Program-made: the position numbers and the translations under genes
Notes under the pieces: generated by a model
Seen by the model: the letters and a program-made list of their open reading frames with translations, nothing else
What the model was told of the DNA's origin: nothing
The model's database searches: none
Shown here: positions 32,434 through 42,300 of the stretch, one piece after another
Layout: each line of letters starts with the position of its first letter
How positions within the stretch are numbered: position 1 is the stretch's first letter
Source: Candidatus Latescibacterota bacterium
GTDB lineage: Bacteria; Latescibacterota; UBA2968; UBA8231
Assembly: GCA_963422735.1 (NCBI GenBank)
Contig: OY730476.1
Span: forward strand, 1,216,001-1,280,000
DNA: 64,000 bases
Direction: 5' to 3'

Positions 32434-33232
32434 TATCTATATCGGTCAACAGAGGATGATAGGCTTCCCGATTCGCCGCGGGCAGGGACTCCTTCTCAAA
32501 CCACCACGACCCACCCCGCAACACCCCGAATTTGCCGCGCAGCGGACCCGGCGGATTGTCCCGTGGACTCTCTGCATAGTAGGTGTCCCCGTACCAATCG
32601 GATACCCACTCCCACACGTTCCCCGCCAAGTCGCGTGCCCCGTACGGCGACGCGCCGGCAGGACGGCTACCCACCGGCTCGGTCGCTCCGGCGATAAAGC
32701 GAAAGTTGGCCTCGTCGCCTACCAGCACGTATCCCCAGGGATACGTGCGCCCATCGGTGCCGCGCGCGGCCTTCTCCCACTCGGCCTCGGTCGGCAGCCG
32801 CAGGCCAGCCCACGCGCAATAGTCGAGTGCGTTTTGGCGGTTCGCGCAATTGATGGGATGGGTGTCGTCTATGGCTTTGTCCCAGTTGCAGTTAGGAGCG
32901 TAGGCCGGCTCTTTGCAGGCATCGTCCTCCACGCAGCGCCGGTACCGTCCTACGGTGACTTCAAACTGGTCGATGTAGTAAGCGGAAAGAAAAACTTGGT
33001 GCGGCGGCTGCTCGTCCGGGTCGCCTGCGTCCCAACCCATCACAAAGAGACCTTCGGGCACGAGGACCATGGCGTGATTGGCTTTGTTGACCTCGGTGAC
33101 CTCGGTGACCTCAGTGGCCGGAGCCTCGCCGGGCGGAGCGGGCGCAACTGCGCGATTTTCGCTTACTTGCCCCGGGTCCTTTTGGCCGCAACCAAGTGCC
33201 CACAGGGCCATGCACACCAGTGCGCGGCTCAC
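32405..33232 (-). CDS. FGE-sulfatase (SUMF1/GldK-type) domain lipoprotein
   Basis: Lipobox 'WALGC'. Motifs 'RLPTEAEWEKAARG', 'DLAGNVWEW', 'VLRGGSW' and 'IGFRC'. Confidence 0.9.
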   Translation of the reverse strand: MSRALVCMALWALGCGQKDPGQVSENRAVAPAPPGEAPATEVTEVTEVNKANHAMVLVPEGLFVMGWDAGDPDEQPPHQVFLSAYYIDQFEVTVGRYRRCVEDDACKEPAYAPNCNWDKAIDDTHPINCANRQNALDYCAWAGLRLPTEAEWEKAARGTDGRTYPWGYVLVGDEANFRFIAGATEPVGSRPAGASPYGARDLAGNVWEWVSDWYGDTYYAESPRDNPPGPLRGKFGVLRGGSWWFEKESLPAANREAYHPLLTDIDIGFRCARDF

Positions 33233-33244
33233 CGTGTGGCCCCC

Positions 33245-35236
33245 TCAGAACACGACCTGCGACACGGCCTTGGAAATCAGCGCAATGGCAATGGACGTCA
33301 TGCCGATCAGACCCACGCCACATGAGTACCCAGCCAGCACGATGGGCGCGTACGCGTACCAGCGCTCGGGGCCAAAACGCTTTTGCAAATAGAAGCGGCC
33401 CAGCAAGGCACCGACGAAGTTGAGGATGGCAAAGTGCGGCCAGCCGCCGAGACCGGCGACAAAACCATAGAAGATTCCCAGCGGTGCGCTGAGTGCGCTC
33501 AACAGCGCGTACAATGCGCCGCTAAAGGCTAGCCCAACCCCGATGTAATCCCAGCGAATGATTTGGGTCACCAAGCTCTGACCCGCTCCCGGTAGAGTTG
33601 ACTTGGCCCAGAACGCCTGCATGGTGGCGTGGAAGGGCCACATCTTTTGCACAAATGGGTACGCCGAGGAGGGAATTGGTCCGAGCTTCCATATCAGAGA
33701 CCAGAACAGGAAGCTGCACGCGAACATGACGGCCAAGGTCAGGGCCGTCATCTTGACGATGCTGCCAAATCGGGTGCGCGTCAGATCTAGCTGCTTGAAC
33801 ACTTGCGCCTCGTAGCCCCACTGGAAGATCGGCACGGGCGCGAACCAGATCCCGGCCCCTTGGTAGCCGGACAAATAGAAGCTGGCCTCGCGCAGATAGG
33901 GGAAGGTCACTCCCTGCGGCGATCCGGTCAGGCCGATCATCCGCGTACCGATGTACGAGTAGATCGGCGTCCACACAAAGCCGAAGAGCGCGGTGATCCA
34001 CCAAGGAAAATCGGGCACCAAATAGTACACCATCAGCACGAAGCCCAACGTACTCACCGCCCAGATCCCCAAGGCCATGACAATGCGGATATCGCCGCGC
34101 TCGGGGCTAGGTCCCCGGTCAGCTTCCCGAGTCGGGGCGCGCCCCTTGCCGACGGCGAGCAAGACCTTGCCCGCCGTATAGAAACCCATGGCCGCAACCA
34201 CGATGGCCCCCCCCAGCGAAAAGCTCAGCCAGAAGTCAAAGGTATTGGCGATCTGGGTAGGGATCGACGACATACCCGGCTCCCAAGTGTGCAGGATGCC
34301 GTAGGCATAGAGGATCGGGTTGGCGACCAAGTTGACCAATATCGACGAGGAAAACACCCCTACTACGACCCAAAACGGCAGCACCAGGCCGAATAGCACG
34401 TGGATCAAATCCGTGGCCAAGCCGATGACTGCGGCGGGCAAAACCGCCTTTAACGGCACGGTGAAGTCGATGAAGGGAATCGGCAAAATCGACACGGTTT
34501 CGGTCAAAAAGACCGACGACAGCGTGGGCACCACCACGTAGAATATGCCCCACACCGCCCCGATAAAGGCCCCGGTGCTGAACACGTGCCAGCGCCAGCC
34601 CTCCTGCTTGGCCGAGGTCTCGGCGAGGGCGGTGGCGCCGCCGGCCTGCACATAGGCCATGGGAAAGGGCAAGCGCTCGATGTCGTGAGTGATGCGGAAG
34701 AGCACGTAGCCCAACGACAGGGCGTTGACCCTCTGTAGTGCAACGGCGCAGAGGAGGATGGCGATGGGCTTAAGCCACGCGCTGTCGAGGAAGCTGCGCT
34801 CTAAGAGTGCCTCCGAGCCACGCGGGGGCACGACCCAAGTTGGAATGTGTTCGGCCAGTCCGTCAGCCTGGGGCGATTGGATCAGATATTGATCCCAGAT
34901 CAACACACCGAATGGGCCGCCGAAGAGGTCGGCCCCCGTGCCCAGCTTGCCGCCCATCATCACCAAGCCGCCGGCCACCCAGTAGAGGATGATGATCTCC
35001 TGAGTCCGCAGGGATACGAAGGTGCGCTTGGCCATTTCGATAAAGAGGATCAGGGTCACCCATTCGGCCCCCCCGGCCATGCTCATCCCGGTCACCAGCC
35101 CGAGGTAAATCGCGCCCGGCAGCATCACGAAGCCGACGAAGAGCGCCGCCCACAGGGTCTTTGCATTGAAGCCCGGTTCGAACGGGGCGTTGGCGGGCAT
35201 AACCGCGAAGCGCTCTTGGGCGTTGGCCTGTGCCAA
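33245..35236 (-). CDS. OPT-superfamily-like 'peptide transporter' membrane protein
   Basis: 663 aa with many TM segments. Motifs 'PGAIYLGLVTG', 'DIERLPFPMA' and 'PIPSSAYPF'. TTG start after AGGGGAG. Confidence 0.7.
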   Translation of the reverse strand: MAQANAQERFAVMPANAPFEPGFNAKTLWAALFVGFVMLPGAIYLGLVTGMSMAGGAEWVTLILFIEMAKRTFVSLRTQEIIILYWVAGGLVMMGGKLGTGADLFGGPFGVLIWDQYLIQSPQADGLAEHIPTWVVPPRGSEALLERSFLDSAWLKPIAILLCAVALQRVNALSLGYVLFRITHDIERLPFPMAYVQAGGATALAETSAKQEGWRWHVFSTGAFIGAVWGIFYVVVPTLSSVFLTETVSILPIPFIDFTVPLKAVLPAAVIGLATDLIHVLFGLVLPFWVVVGVFSSSILVNLVANPILYAYGILHTWEPGMSSIPTQIANTFDFWLSFSLGGAIVVAAMGFYTAGKVLLAVGKGRAPTREADRGPSPERGDIRIVMALGIWAVSTLGFVLMVYYLVPDFPWWITALFGFVWTPIYSYIGTRMIGLTGSPQGVTFPYLREASFYLSGYQGAGIWFAPVPIFQWGYEAQVFKQLDLTRTRFGSIVKMTALTLAVMFACSFLFWSLIWKLGPIPSSAYPFVQKMWPFHATMQAFWAKSTLPGAGQSLVTQIIRWDYIGVGLAFSGALYALLSALSAPLGIFYGFVAGLGGWPHFAILNFVGALLGRFYLQKRFGPERWYAYAPIVLAGYSCGVGLIGMTSIAIALISKAVSQVVF

Positions 35237-35239
35237 AAA

Positions 35240-36946
35240 TCACTCCCCTCGTTTGCGCTCGTCGTCCAAATACCGCAGGTGCTCTTCGTACACGTCTATC
35301 TGCTCGGCGTATTTTTCGTGTAACTCCCGCAGATAGCCATTGAAGTACTCCCGCTCGATGCGCTCCCGCACGTCCCGCACCACCGCATTCCGCACCTGCT
35401 TTAGCTCTAGGCCTTGATAAATCTCTGGATATCGTTCGATAACCCGGAAGATAGAATAGCCTCCCCTCGTTTGGATCGGCCCTTGGAACTGGTGCAACTC
35501 GGCGTTCATCACCGCGTTCATCCAAGCCTCCCCCAAAAAAGGGGCCTGTGACTGGGAGACGTACAGGAGGCCATCTTCGGCGTCGCGGCGCAGGCTGTGG
35601 GCGCGGGCCATCTCCGACCACTCGGCACCCGCCTCAATCCGGGCCGCGATTTGGCGTGCCTCGCTTGGGGTCTCGAGCAAAATTTCCTCTAATTGCGCGT
35701 GGGGAGGGCTGCGGAAGCGTTGCTTGTGCTCCTCGTAGAAGGCTCGTAGATCGTCCTCGGTCGGCGCGGGAGCCTCTGCCAAAATTTGCTCGCGCAGTTT
35801 TATCAGCGTCAGGTTGCCCAGCGCCAAGACATGAGACCGCGCGAAAGCCTCGGTTTTATCGAGGCCCTTGCGCCGGGCATCGTGGGCCATGATGCGGGTG
35901 GGGAAATGGCTCTCAGATAGTTTTTCGTTGACCGCGTCGGCTGTGGCTTCCGGCCACAATCGGCCCGATGGCTGCACGGCCTCTAAGACCTCTGCTGCAT
36001 CCATCTGCAAGCCCTCGAAAGCATAGACTGGATGCTGGCGCTGGGCCTGGTCCAAATCTGCATAACGGACCGCCCCCTGTAAGACGCCTACTACTATATC
36101 CATGCCCTCGGCGTCAAAAACCGTGTCCAGATCCCATTTGAGGTGCCGCAGGTACGATTCGCGCAGTTGCTTTTGCTGCTCGTCGCCGAGTGCCTCGCGG
36201 ATCCCGTCTTCAACCTCGACCAATGCAGCGCGGCGACGCTGTGCCACTTTGGCAATGACGAATCCTCCGTGCAAGGGGAGTGGCTCAGTAACGCCGCCCA
36301 CGGGCAGGGCGAAGACCGCTTGCACTAGGTCGCGGGGGCTGTCAAAGGGCGAATAGGCCAGCCGCCGGATTTCGCCGGTGTGTATGCCGTAATAGGGGTC
36401 GGCGGCGAATTGACGACCTGCTTCTGCAAAGTCCTTGCCTTGTGCCAAAAGCGCTTGTACCTGACGCGCCTGTTCCCGATTGGGCACAAAAATCTCCATA
36501 GTAACGACTTTTTCTCCCCACCCCGGCCGCGCGTAGGCTTTTTCGATGTCGTCCTCGGTCACCACGACCTTGGCCGCGACGTTGCGCCGCAACATTGCGT
36601 CAGCGAGGGCCTTGGTTTCGCGCTTGGCGAGTTCGGCTAAAACCTCTTCGTCGCGCTGCAAACCCCGCTCGTTGGCCTCCAAAAGCAACACCTCGCGGTC
36701 AATCAGCGTCTGCAAGTTGTCCCGGTGCTGCAAGCGCATGGCGGCCGTTTTGAGATTGGCCTCAAAAGTGTGCAGATCGGCCGCGGTAATCTCGACCGCG
36801 CCGACCTTGGCCAGCAAGGCGTCGGCCGGCCGATCATCGCCACAGCTAATGCAGGCCCCGACTAGCAGCCCGGCCAACAGCGATTTGTGTATAAAAAGAG
36901 GAGCTAGACGGAAGGTCCAGCTCCTCGCAATGAGATATCCTGCCAT
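35240..36946 (-). CDS. SurA/PrsA-like parvulin peptidyl-prolyl isomerase with two PPIase-like domains, probable lipoprotein
   Basis: 'LAKVGAVEIT', 'LIDREVLLLEA', 'GKDFAEAGRQF', 'GAEWSEMARAHS' and 'GPIQTRGGYSIFRV'. Possible lipobox 'CISC'. The start is uncertain (36946 or 36985). Confidence 0.8.
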   Translation of the reverse strand: MAGYLIARSWTFRLAPLFIHKSLLAGLLVGACISCGDDRPADALLAKVGAVEITAADLHTFEANLKTAAMRLQHRDNLQTLIDREVLLLEANERGLQRDEEVLAELAKRETKALADAMLRRNVAAKVVVTEDDIEKAYARPGWGEKVVTMEIFVPNREQARQVQALLAQGKDFAEAGRQFAADPYYGIHTGEIRRLAYSPFDSPRDLVQAVFALPVGGVTEPLPLHGGFVIAKVAQRRRAALVEVEDGIREALGDEQQKQLRESYLRHLKWDLDTVFDAEGMDIVVGVLQGAVRYADLDQAQRQHPVYAFEGLQMDAAEVLEAVQPSGRLWPEATADAVNEKLSESHFPTRIMAHDARRKGLDKTEAFARSHVLALGNLTLIKLREQILAEAPAPTEDDLRAFYEEHKQRFRSPPHAQLEEILLETPSEARQIAARIEAGAEWSEMARAHSLRRDAEDGLLYVSQSQAPFLGEAWMNAVMNAELHQFQGPIQTRGGYSIFRVIERYPEIYQGLELKQVRNAVVRDVRERIEREYFNGYLRELHEKYAEQIDVYEEHLRYLDDERKRGE

Positions 36947-36981
36947 ACGTATTATCCAGATGCAGAAGCAGCGCCGGGAAC

Positions 36982-37734
36982 TCAACCCGCTCCGTCCGCT
37001 CTGGCCCTTTCCCTCGTTCCTTGGTCCACCGCAAAGCGGAACTCAATGTCAATGGTCTCTTCCGGATTGCCGCTGGCGTCAAACGAAAGCACAAATTCGC
37101 GGAATGTGAGCAGCAACTCGTCGTTTTCCGGTAGCAACGGGTCGAAGACCAACATGCCTTTTTGGCTGCTATCGCGGAAGATGGGGCGATGGCGGTGAAA
37201 GACCGTCTTGTAGATAATGCCCATGCGCTCCAAGTTGATTTCGCGCTCGTTGCCCGAAGTGCCCAGCTCCATTTTGTAGTACTTGGTGAAGCTGTTGCCC
37301 CCCAACACGACGGCCCCCTCGCGCCCGGGATCGTAGTAGCGATAGGTCTCGCCGCCCGATTCCATGGTCGCCTTGGCCGGATCGAATTCGATCTTAGCAT
37401 AGGTCTTGTTTATGACCTCGACTTCAAAAACGGTAAACTGCGGAGGGCTGTAGCCCCTTTCGGGATCGATGTCGCCCCGGGTGTAGGGGTTGACGTGGCG
37501 ACCGTCGTACAAGGGCGGGAAGCGCTTGTTGAGCTCGGGATCGCTCAGGTGCCGCACCTTGATCAAAAGCCCCTCTTTGCTAAAGACCATCGAGTTGTCG
37601 TCTGGGTCAATAGTGTAATCGCCGCGGCCCTCTGGCAAAACGGGCATCACGTGCAGGTCGTACACGAGTTGGGGCGGCACCAGCCCCCCGCAGCTCCAGA
37701 CCAGCCCAAGCAGCGCCATGTACCTTGCTGTCAT
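36982..37734 (-). CDS. Uncharacterised lipoprotein, paralog of 48771-49538
   Basis: Lipobox 'LVWSC'. RBS AGGGAG. Motif 'YSPPQFTVFEVEVINKT...FDP'. Confidence 0.8.
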   Translation of the reverse strand: MTARYMALLGLVWSCGGLVPPQLVYDLHVMPVLPEGRGDYTIDPDDNSMVFSKEGLLIKVRHLSDPELNKRFPPLYDGRHVNPYTRGDIDPERGYSPPQFTVFEVEVINKTYAKIEFDPAKATMESGGETYRYYDPGREGAVVLGGNSFTKYYKMELGTSGNEREINLERMGIIYKTVFHRHRPIFRDSSQKGMLVFDPLLPENDELLLTFREFVLSFDASGNPEETIDIEFRFAVDQGTRERARADGAG

Positions 37735-37765
37735 AAAATTGCCACTCCCTTTTTGCTAGCTGTCG

Positions 37766-38185
37766 TCAATTGGTTGGTTCCTCGGTTTCAATGTCGATCT
37801 GTTCTACGCCCGCCATGGTGGCCGCTTCCATCGCGTCGATGATGTGGCCGTGCGCAGCATCGGCGTCTGCGGTGATAATCAGCGTCGATGAGCCGCTGCG
37901 GACCTTCTCGCGCTCTAGCCAGCTCGCTAGCTGCCCCATGGCTACTAGCTGCCCATTGATCTCGATCTGGCCCTCGCTCGAGATGCGCAGATTCAGCTTC
38001 TTCTCTGCCTTGAGCTGGTCGTAGTGGACCGAATCGGGCAGCTCGATCTTGAGCTGAGTAGCCTTGACGAAGACCGTGGTGGTCATAAAGAAAATCAGTA
38101 GCAGGAACACCGCGTCTATCATCGGCGTCAGGTTCAGTTCAAATTCGCCGGCTTTTTCGGCCAGCGACTGTCTCCGTTTAGCCAT
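37766..38185 (-). CDS. exbD: ExbD/TolR family protein
   Basis: 'LNLTPMIDAVFLLLIFFM' retains the TM Asp. 'IITAD...HGHIIDAM'. Confidence 0.92.
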   Translation of the reverse strand: MAKRRQSLAEKAGEFELNLTPMIDAVFLLLIFFMTTTVFVKATQLKIELPDSVHYDQLKAEKKLNLRISSEGQIEINGQLVAMGQLASWLEREKVRSGSSTLIITADADAAHGHIIDAMEAATMAGVEQIDIETEEPTN

Positions 38186-38190
38186 GCCGC

Positions 38191-38610
38191 TTATCCTTCT
38201 CCGCTCTTGGCGAAAGCGATGGCCTCAATGCCCTCGCCGCGGGCGATGTCCATCACCTGCACCACATAGAAGTGAGGCACGGAACGCGCGGACTCCAAGA
38301 TCACGTTCTTGGTGTTATCGGCTGCTATGACTTGGCGAATTTTTTCCGCCAATCTCGCCTTATCCGTGACCTCGCCGTTGACTTGGATCGTCTGATCTGG
38401 GTCAATCACGATGTTCATGTCCTTGGTCGCTCTCGACTCGCCTTCGCCGCCCGGCAGATCTACGCTCAGACCCTTGGGGTTGACGAAAGTGGTCGCCACC
38501 ATAAAGAAAACCAACAGCAGGAACATGCAGTTGATAAGCGGGGTCAGATCTGGATTCTCTGTGGTCTTGAAGGCACTTTTGCCGAATCCGCTCTTTCGTC
38601 TCTGCTGCAT
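38191..38610 (-). CDS. exbD: ExbD/TolR family protein with the TM Asp replaced by Asn
   Basis: 'PDLTPLINCMFLLLVFFMVAT' and 'VVQVMDIAR'. Confidence 0.88.
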   Translation of the reverse strand: MQQRRKSGFGKSAFKTTENPDLTPLINCMFLLLVFFMVATTFVNPKGLSVDLPGGEGESRATKDMNIVIDPDQTIQVNGEVTDKARLAEKIRQVIAADNTKNVILESARSVPHFYVVQVMDIARGEGIEAIAFAKSGEG

Positions 38611-38628
38611 AGCAGCGTCTCTTTCTGC

Positions 38629-39303
38629 CTAGCGGCCCTCCTGCTGGCCAGCTTGAAAGCGCACCAGCAGGGTATTGGCGAAGGCGTGGCAATACAGTTC
38701 CACGCTCTTGAAGACCTTTTCCGCACGACCGGAGAGATAGCGATGGAAGACGATGGTCGGAATAGCGACGATGAGACCACTGGCCGTAGTAATCAGGGCC
38801 TCGGAGATGCCGCTGGCCACGGCCGCCGGATCGCCGGCCCCGGCGCGGGCAATAGCGTCAAAGGCGTTGATCATACCCATGATCGTGCCCAACAGCCCCA
38901 TCAGCGGGGAAAGGACGCCAATGGTTCCGAGCGCGTTGAGCAGACGGCCCAGATACATCTCGCCGGCCTCCTCAGTGACCAAGATCAACTCCTGGCGCAT
39001 GTCCTCTAGGTCCGTGCGATTTTCCAGCACTAAGGTGTCGTAGCGCTTCACCAAGGCGGCGAAGATGAAGTTGAGCACACCGCTGCCCTGCCGGAATAGC
39101 TCGATGGCCCCACCTTCGCCTTCGCTTTTGAGCATGTCTTCTGCCTCGTTGAGCTGCTGTTCGGCCTCCTGTTCGCCCGGGACCATCAGCAGGCGCCACA
39201 GCCGTTCTATGATGATGGCTAGGGCGATCAACAAGCAAAGCAACATGGGCCACATCATCGGCCCGCCTTTGAAAAACTGGTCAACTAAAAAATTCTGCTC
39301 CAT
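38629..39303 (-). CDS. exbB: ExbB/TolQ/MotA proton-channel protein
   Basis: ATG at 39303 follows GGAGG. Motifs 'GGPMMWPM', 'SPLMGLLGTIMGMI' and 'GISEALITTASGL'. Confidence 0.93.
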   Translation of the reverse strand: MEQNFLVDQFFKGGPMMWPMLLCLLIALAIIIERLWRLLMVPGEQEAEQQLNEAEDMLKSEGEGGAIELFRQGSGVLNFIFAALVKRYDTLVLENRTDLEDMRQELILVTEEAGEMYLGRLLNALGTIGVLSPLMGLLGTIMGMINAFDAIARAGAGDPAAVASGISEALITTASGLIVAIPTIVFHRYLSGRAEKVFKSVELYCHAFANTLLVRFQAGQQEGR

Positions 39304-39350
39304 TACAACCTCCCATATTGTGTCCTGCTTTGCGTTGCGTTGAAAGCTCG

Positions 39351-42300
39351 CTAGAGCCGGTTTTCCACAATCCACGCCCGGTGCAGCTTGGCAAAACTGA
39401 CCACGTCCGCGTTTTCCGCCTTGTCCCCGCCCTTTTCTTCCACTACCTGATAGTTTTCCACGGCTTGCGACCACTGGCGCATGATTTCATAGACCAGCCC
39501 CAAGTTGCAGTACGCGGCCAATTCGGTATAAGTACCGGGGTACTCGCGGATAATCTCCTGTAAGGCTGGCACGGCCTGGTCGTAGTCTTTGGCCTCAAAC
39601 AGCTTCATGGCCTCGTTATAGCTAAAGCTGGCCTGGATCTCGCTTAGCTCTTCCACTAGGGCTGTGGCCCTCGACGCCTCCTCGGAGTCGGGATATAGCT
39701 TGAGTACTCGCTTGTAGGCCGCCATGGCCTCGTCATAAAACTGGATATTGTAGTAGTAGTCGCCGATGGTAAACTGCGCTTTGGGGGCGAATTCGCTTTG
39801 GGGGTAGTTGGCAACTAGGTTTTGCATCGCGCCTACTGCTTGCTCCATCTCCTCTTGTTCGACAAAGGACCAAGCCAACGCGTATTGCGCCGATCCGCCG
39901 TATCGGCCTTGGGGATATTTGGCTAAGAGCGCTTGATATGCAGTCGCGGCCTCGGCAAAGGCCTGCTCGTTGTAGTAGTTTTCGCCAATGAGGAAAAGCG
40001 CCTCTTCCTCGTATTGGGACTGGAGATAGCGCTCGACGAGCACAGCAAAAGCGGCCGCAGCCTCCTTGAACTGGGTCAGGGCCTGGAGACTGTGAGCCAG
40101 ATAGTACTGGCCGTGAATGCGGTTGGCATTGCGCGGATATTTTTTGACAAAAGCCCTGAAGCTCTCAGCGGCTGTGGCGTAGTCGCCGTAGCTGATTTCG
40201 GCAAAGCCCTTGGAGAAGGCCAAGTTGCCACTCTCGCCCGAATTCGGATAGCGTTTGAGACCTTGGGCAAAGATGCGGGCGGCTTCCTCGTATTTCTTCT
40301 GCTGTAGCAGCGCGTTGCCAATGATGGAATAGGCGCGTTCTTTGCGGTAGTACCCAGCTTGAGCGTCGTCTGCAAACTGCATGTCGAGGAGCCGGCGAGC
40401 GAATTTCTCGGCTTGAACGAAGTCCTGCTGATCGTAGTACAGCTCAGTCAGCAGCATGCTAAAGGTGGCCTGTTCTTGGGGGTCAGCCGACGCGGCAATG
40501 AGCTCTTGGTAGTATCTGGCCGCCTCTTCTTGCCGCCCCAAGCGGATCATGCCAGCCCCCAGCGTGCGGAAGGCACTGTCCTTTATCTGAGGCGCAGGAT
40601 CGCTTTCGAGCAGGGCCTTCATATCCTCCAGCGATGCCTCATAGCTTATGCGGGCCTGGGCCGTGTCGCCGACGGCGTCTTGCTGTTTGGCGACCTCGTA
40701 GTAAGCACCGCCGCGGGCCAGCAGCGAATTTTGCAGGATGTGCGTGGGCGGACTCAGCGCAATGGCCTGACCCCAAGAGTCGATCGCATCCGCGAAATTG
40801 TCCTCGGCAAAATGCACCCGAGCCATGGTGTAGTGCATCTGGCCTCTTAGAGTGTCGTCGTCGGCTCGATCCAAGGCGCGAGATAGGGCCTTGTGCGCCT
40901 TTTTGTACTCTTGTTTGCCCATGTACAGCTCGGCCAACTCGACCTGCATGGTCGGCCACTTGTCCCAACCCTCTTCTACCGTCTCATAGGCGGCGATGGC
41001 GCTCTCTGGATCCTGTAGGTGCTTGTAGGTGAGCCCCAACTCCATCCGCGTCGTATTGCGCAGTTCCGAATCCGAGAAGCGGTCGAGGAAGGACGTATAG
41101 ATAGCTTCGGCCCGTTTGAGATCGGATGCGGCATAGGCTATGCGGGCCAACTGCAAAAGGCCGTTAGGGGCCGCCGGATGGGCCGGATACTCATCGACTA
41201 ACCGCTGGTACAGCGGCTGCGCCGCTTCGTTTTTCTCGAGGAGTTGGTTGGCAAAACCGGCGTTAAAAAGCACATCCGCTATCAGGGAATTATCCTCGTG
41301 CTGGCTCAAGAGCTGATCGTAGCCCTTGAGCGCCTCGGCGATTTCCGCGTCCGCTCTAGCCGGATCCTCGCTGCGGATCTGCCGCCCGTATTCTTGGTGG
41401 CACTGGGCGATGCGAAAAAGAACCTTGTAGCGGTTAAAGCCGATGCGCTGGGCCACATCGCCGTAGGCATTGATATATATCTCGTATTCTTGTGCCGACT
41501 TAAGGTATTCGTCTTGGTCGAAAAGCATCAGGGCGACCGTTAGCTGCGTGCGGGCTTGAAAGAGCTTGTCCTCGACCTTTTCGATGGCATCCTTGTACGC
41601 GGCGATGGCCGCGGTCGTGCCCTGCTCCTTCTGCACCAACTCGGCGGTGCGGATATAGCTGTTTTGCACCAAGACCGGCTCAGCCGCGTATTCAGCCGGG
41701 AGTACGGCATAGGCGGCGAGGGCCTTTTCGACCTTGCCGTTGCGTGCGTAAATATCGCCCTTTTTCAGGTGGGCCTTGGCGACTAGTTCGCGCGCTGTCT
41801 CCTTGACCAAGCCTTTGAGCTTGAGGGTGGTCATCTCGATGATTTCTTCCTCGGTCATCTGCGCGAAGTCGTAGCGGGCGATGAGGCGGTCGAGAAAATT
41901 CAGCGCATCTTCGTACTGCCCGAGCTTGTCGTAGCTCTCGGCGATCTGGAAGAGCGAGCGGTCGGCATTAGAGCCTCTGGGGGCCAAGATCAACACCTGC
42001 TTGAAGCCGGCGATGGCCTCCTCGTAGCGTTCCAATTCAAAATAGGACCACGCCCGGTCGTAGTGAACGGACGCCTCGTAGAGGCTGTGGGGGAAGCTGT
42101 GTAGCAGCGCGTCCCCCTCCTCAATGACCTGATCGTAATCCTTGAGCTGGTAACTCGTCTGGATCATCTGGTACTGGGCCATCACTCGGGTGCGGTCATC
42201 AACGTGCTCGTCCACGGCTAGGCTGCGGAAGTGGTCGCGGCTCTTATTGAGGTCTTGCAGTGCCTCCTCGTAGCGAGCGTCGGCCTCGGCCTCCTTTTTC

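Noticed and set aside
33089-33115. 9-bp tandem repeat x3 (EVTEVTEV) in the FGE gene
   Set aside because: It is an in-frame linker expansion with no phase-variation potential.
32405-33232. Naming the FGE lipoprotein gldK or a true formylglycine-generating enzyme
   Set aside because: It lacks the FGE catalytic Cys pair after RGGSW and is shorter than GldK. It is kept as a generic FGE-domain protein.
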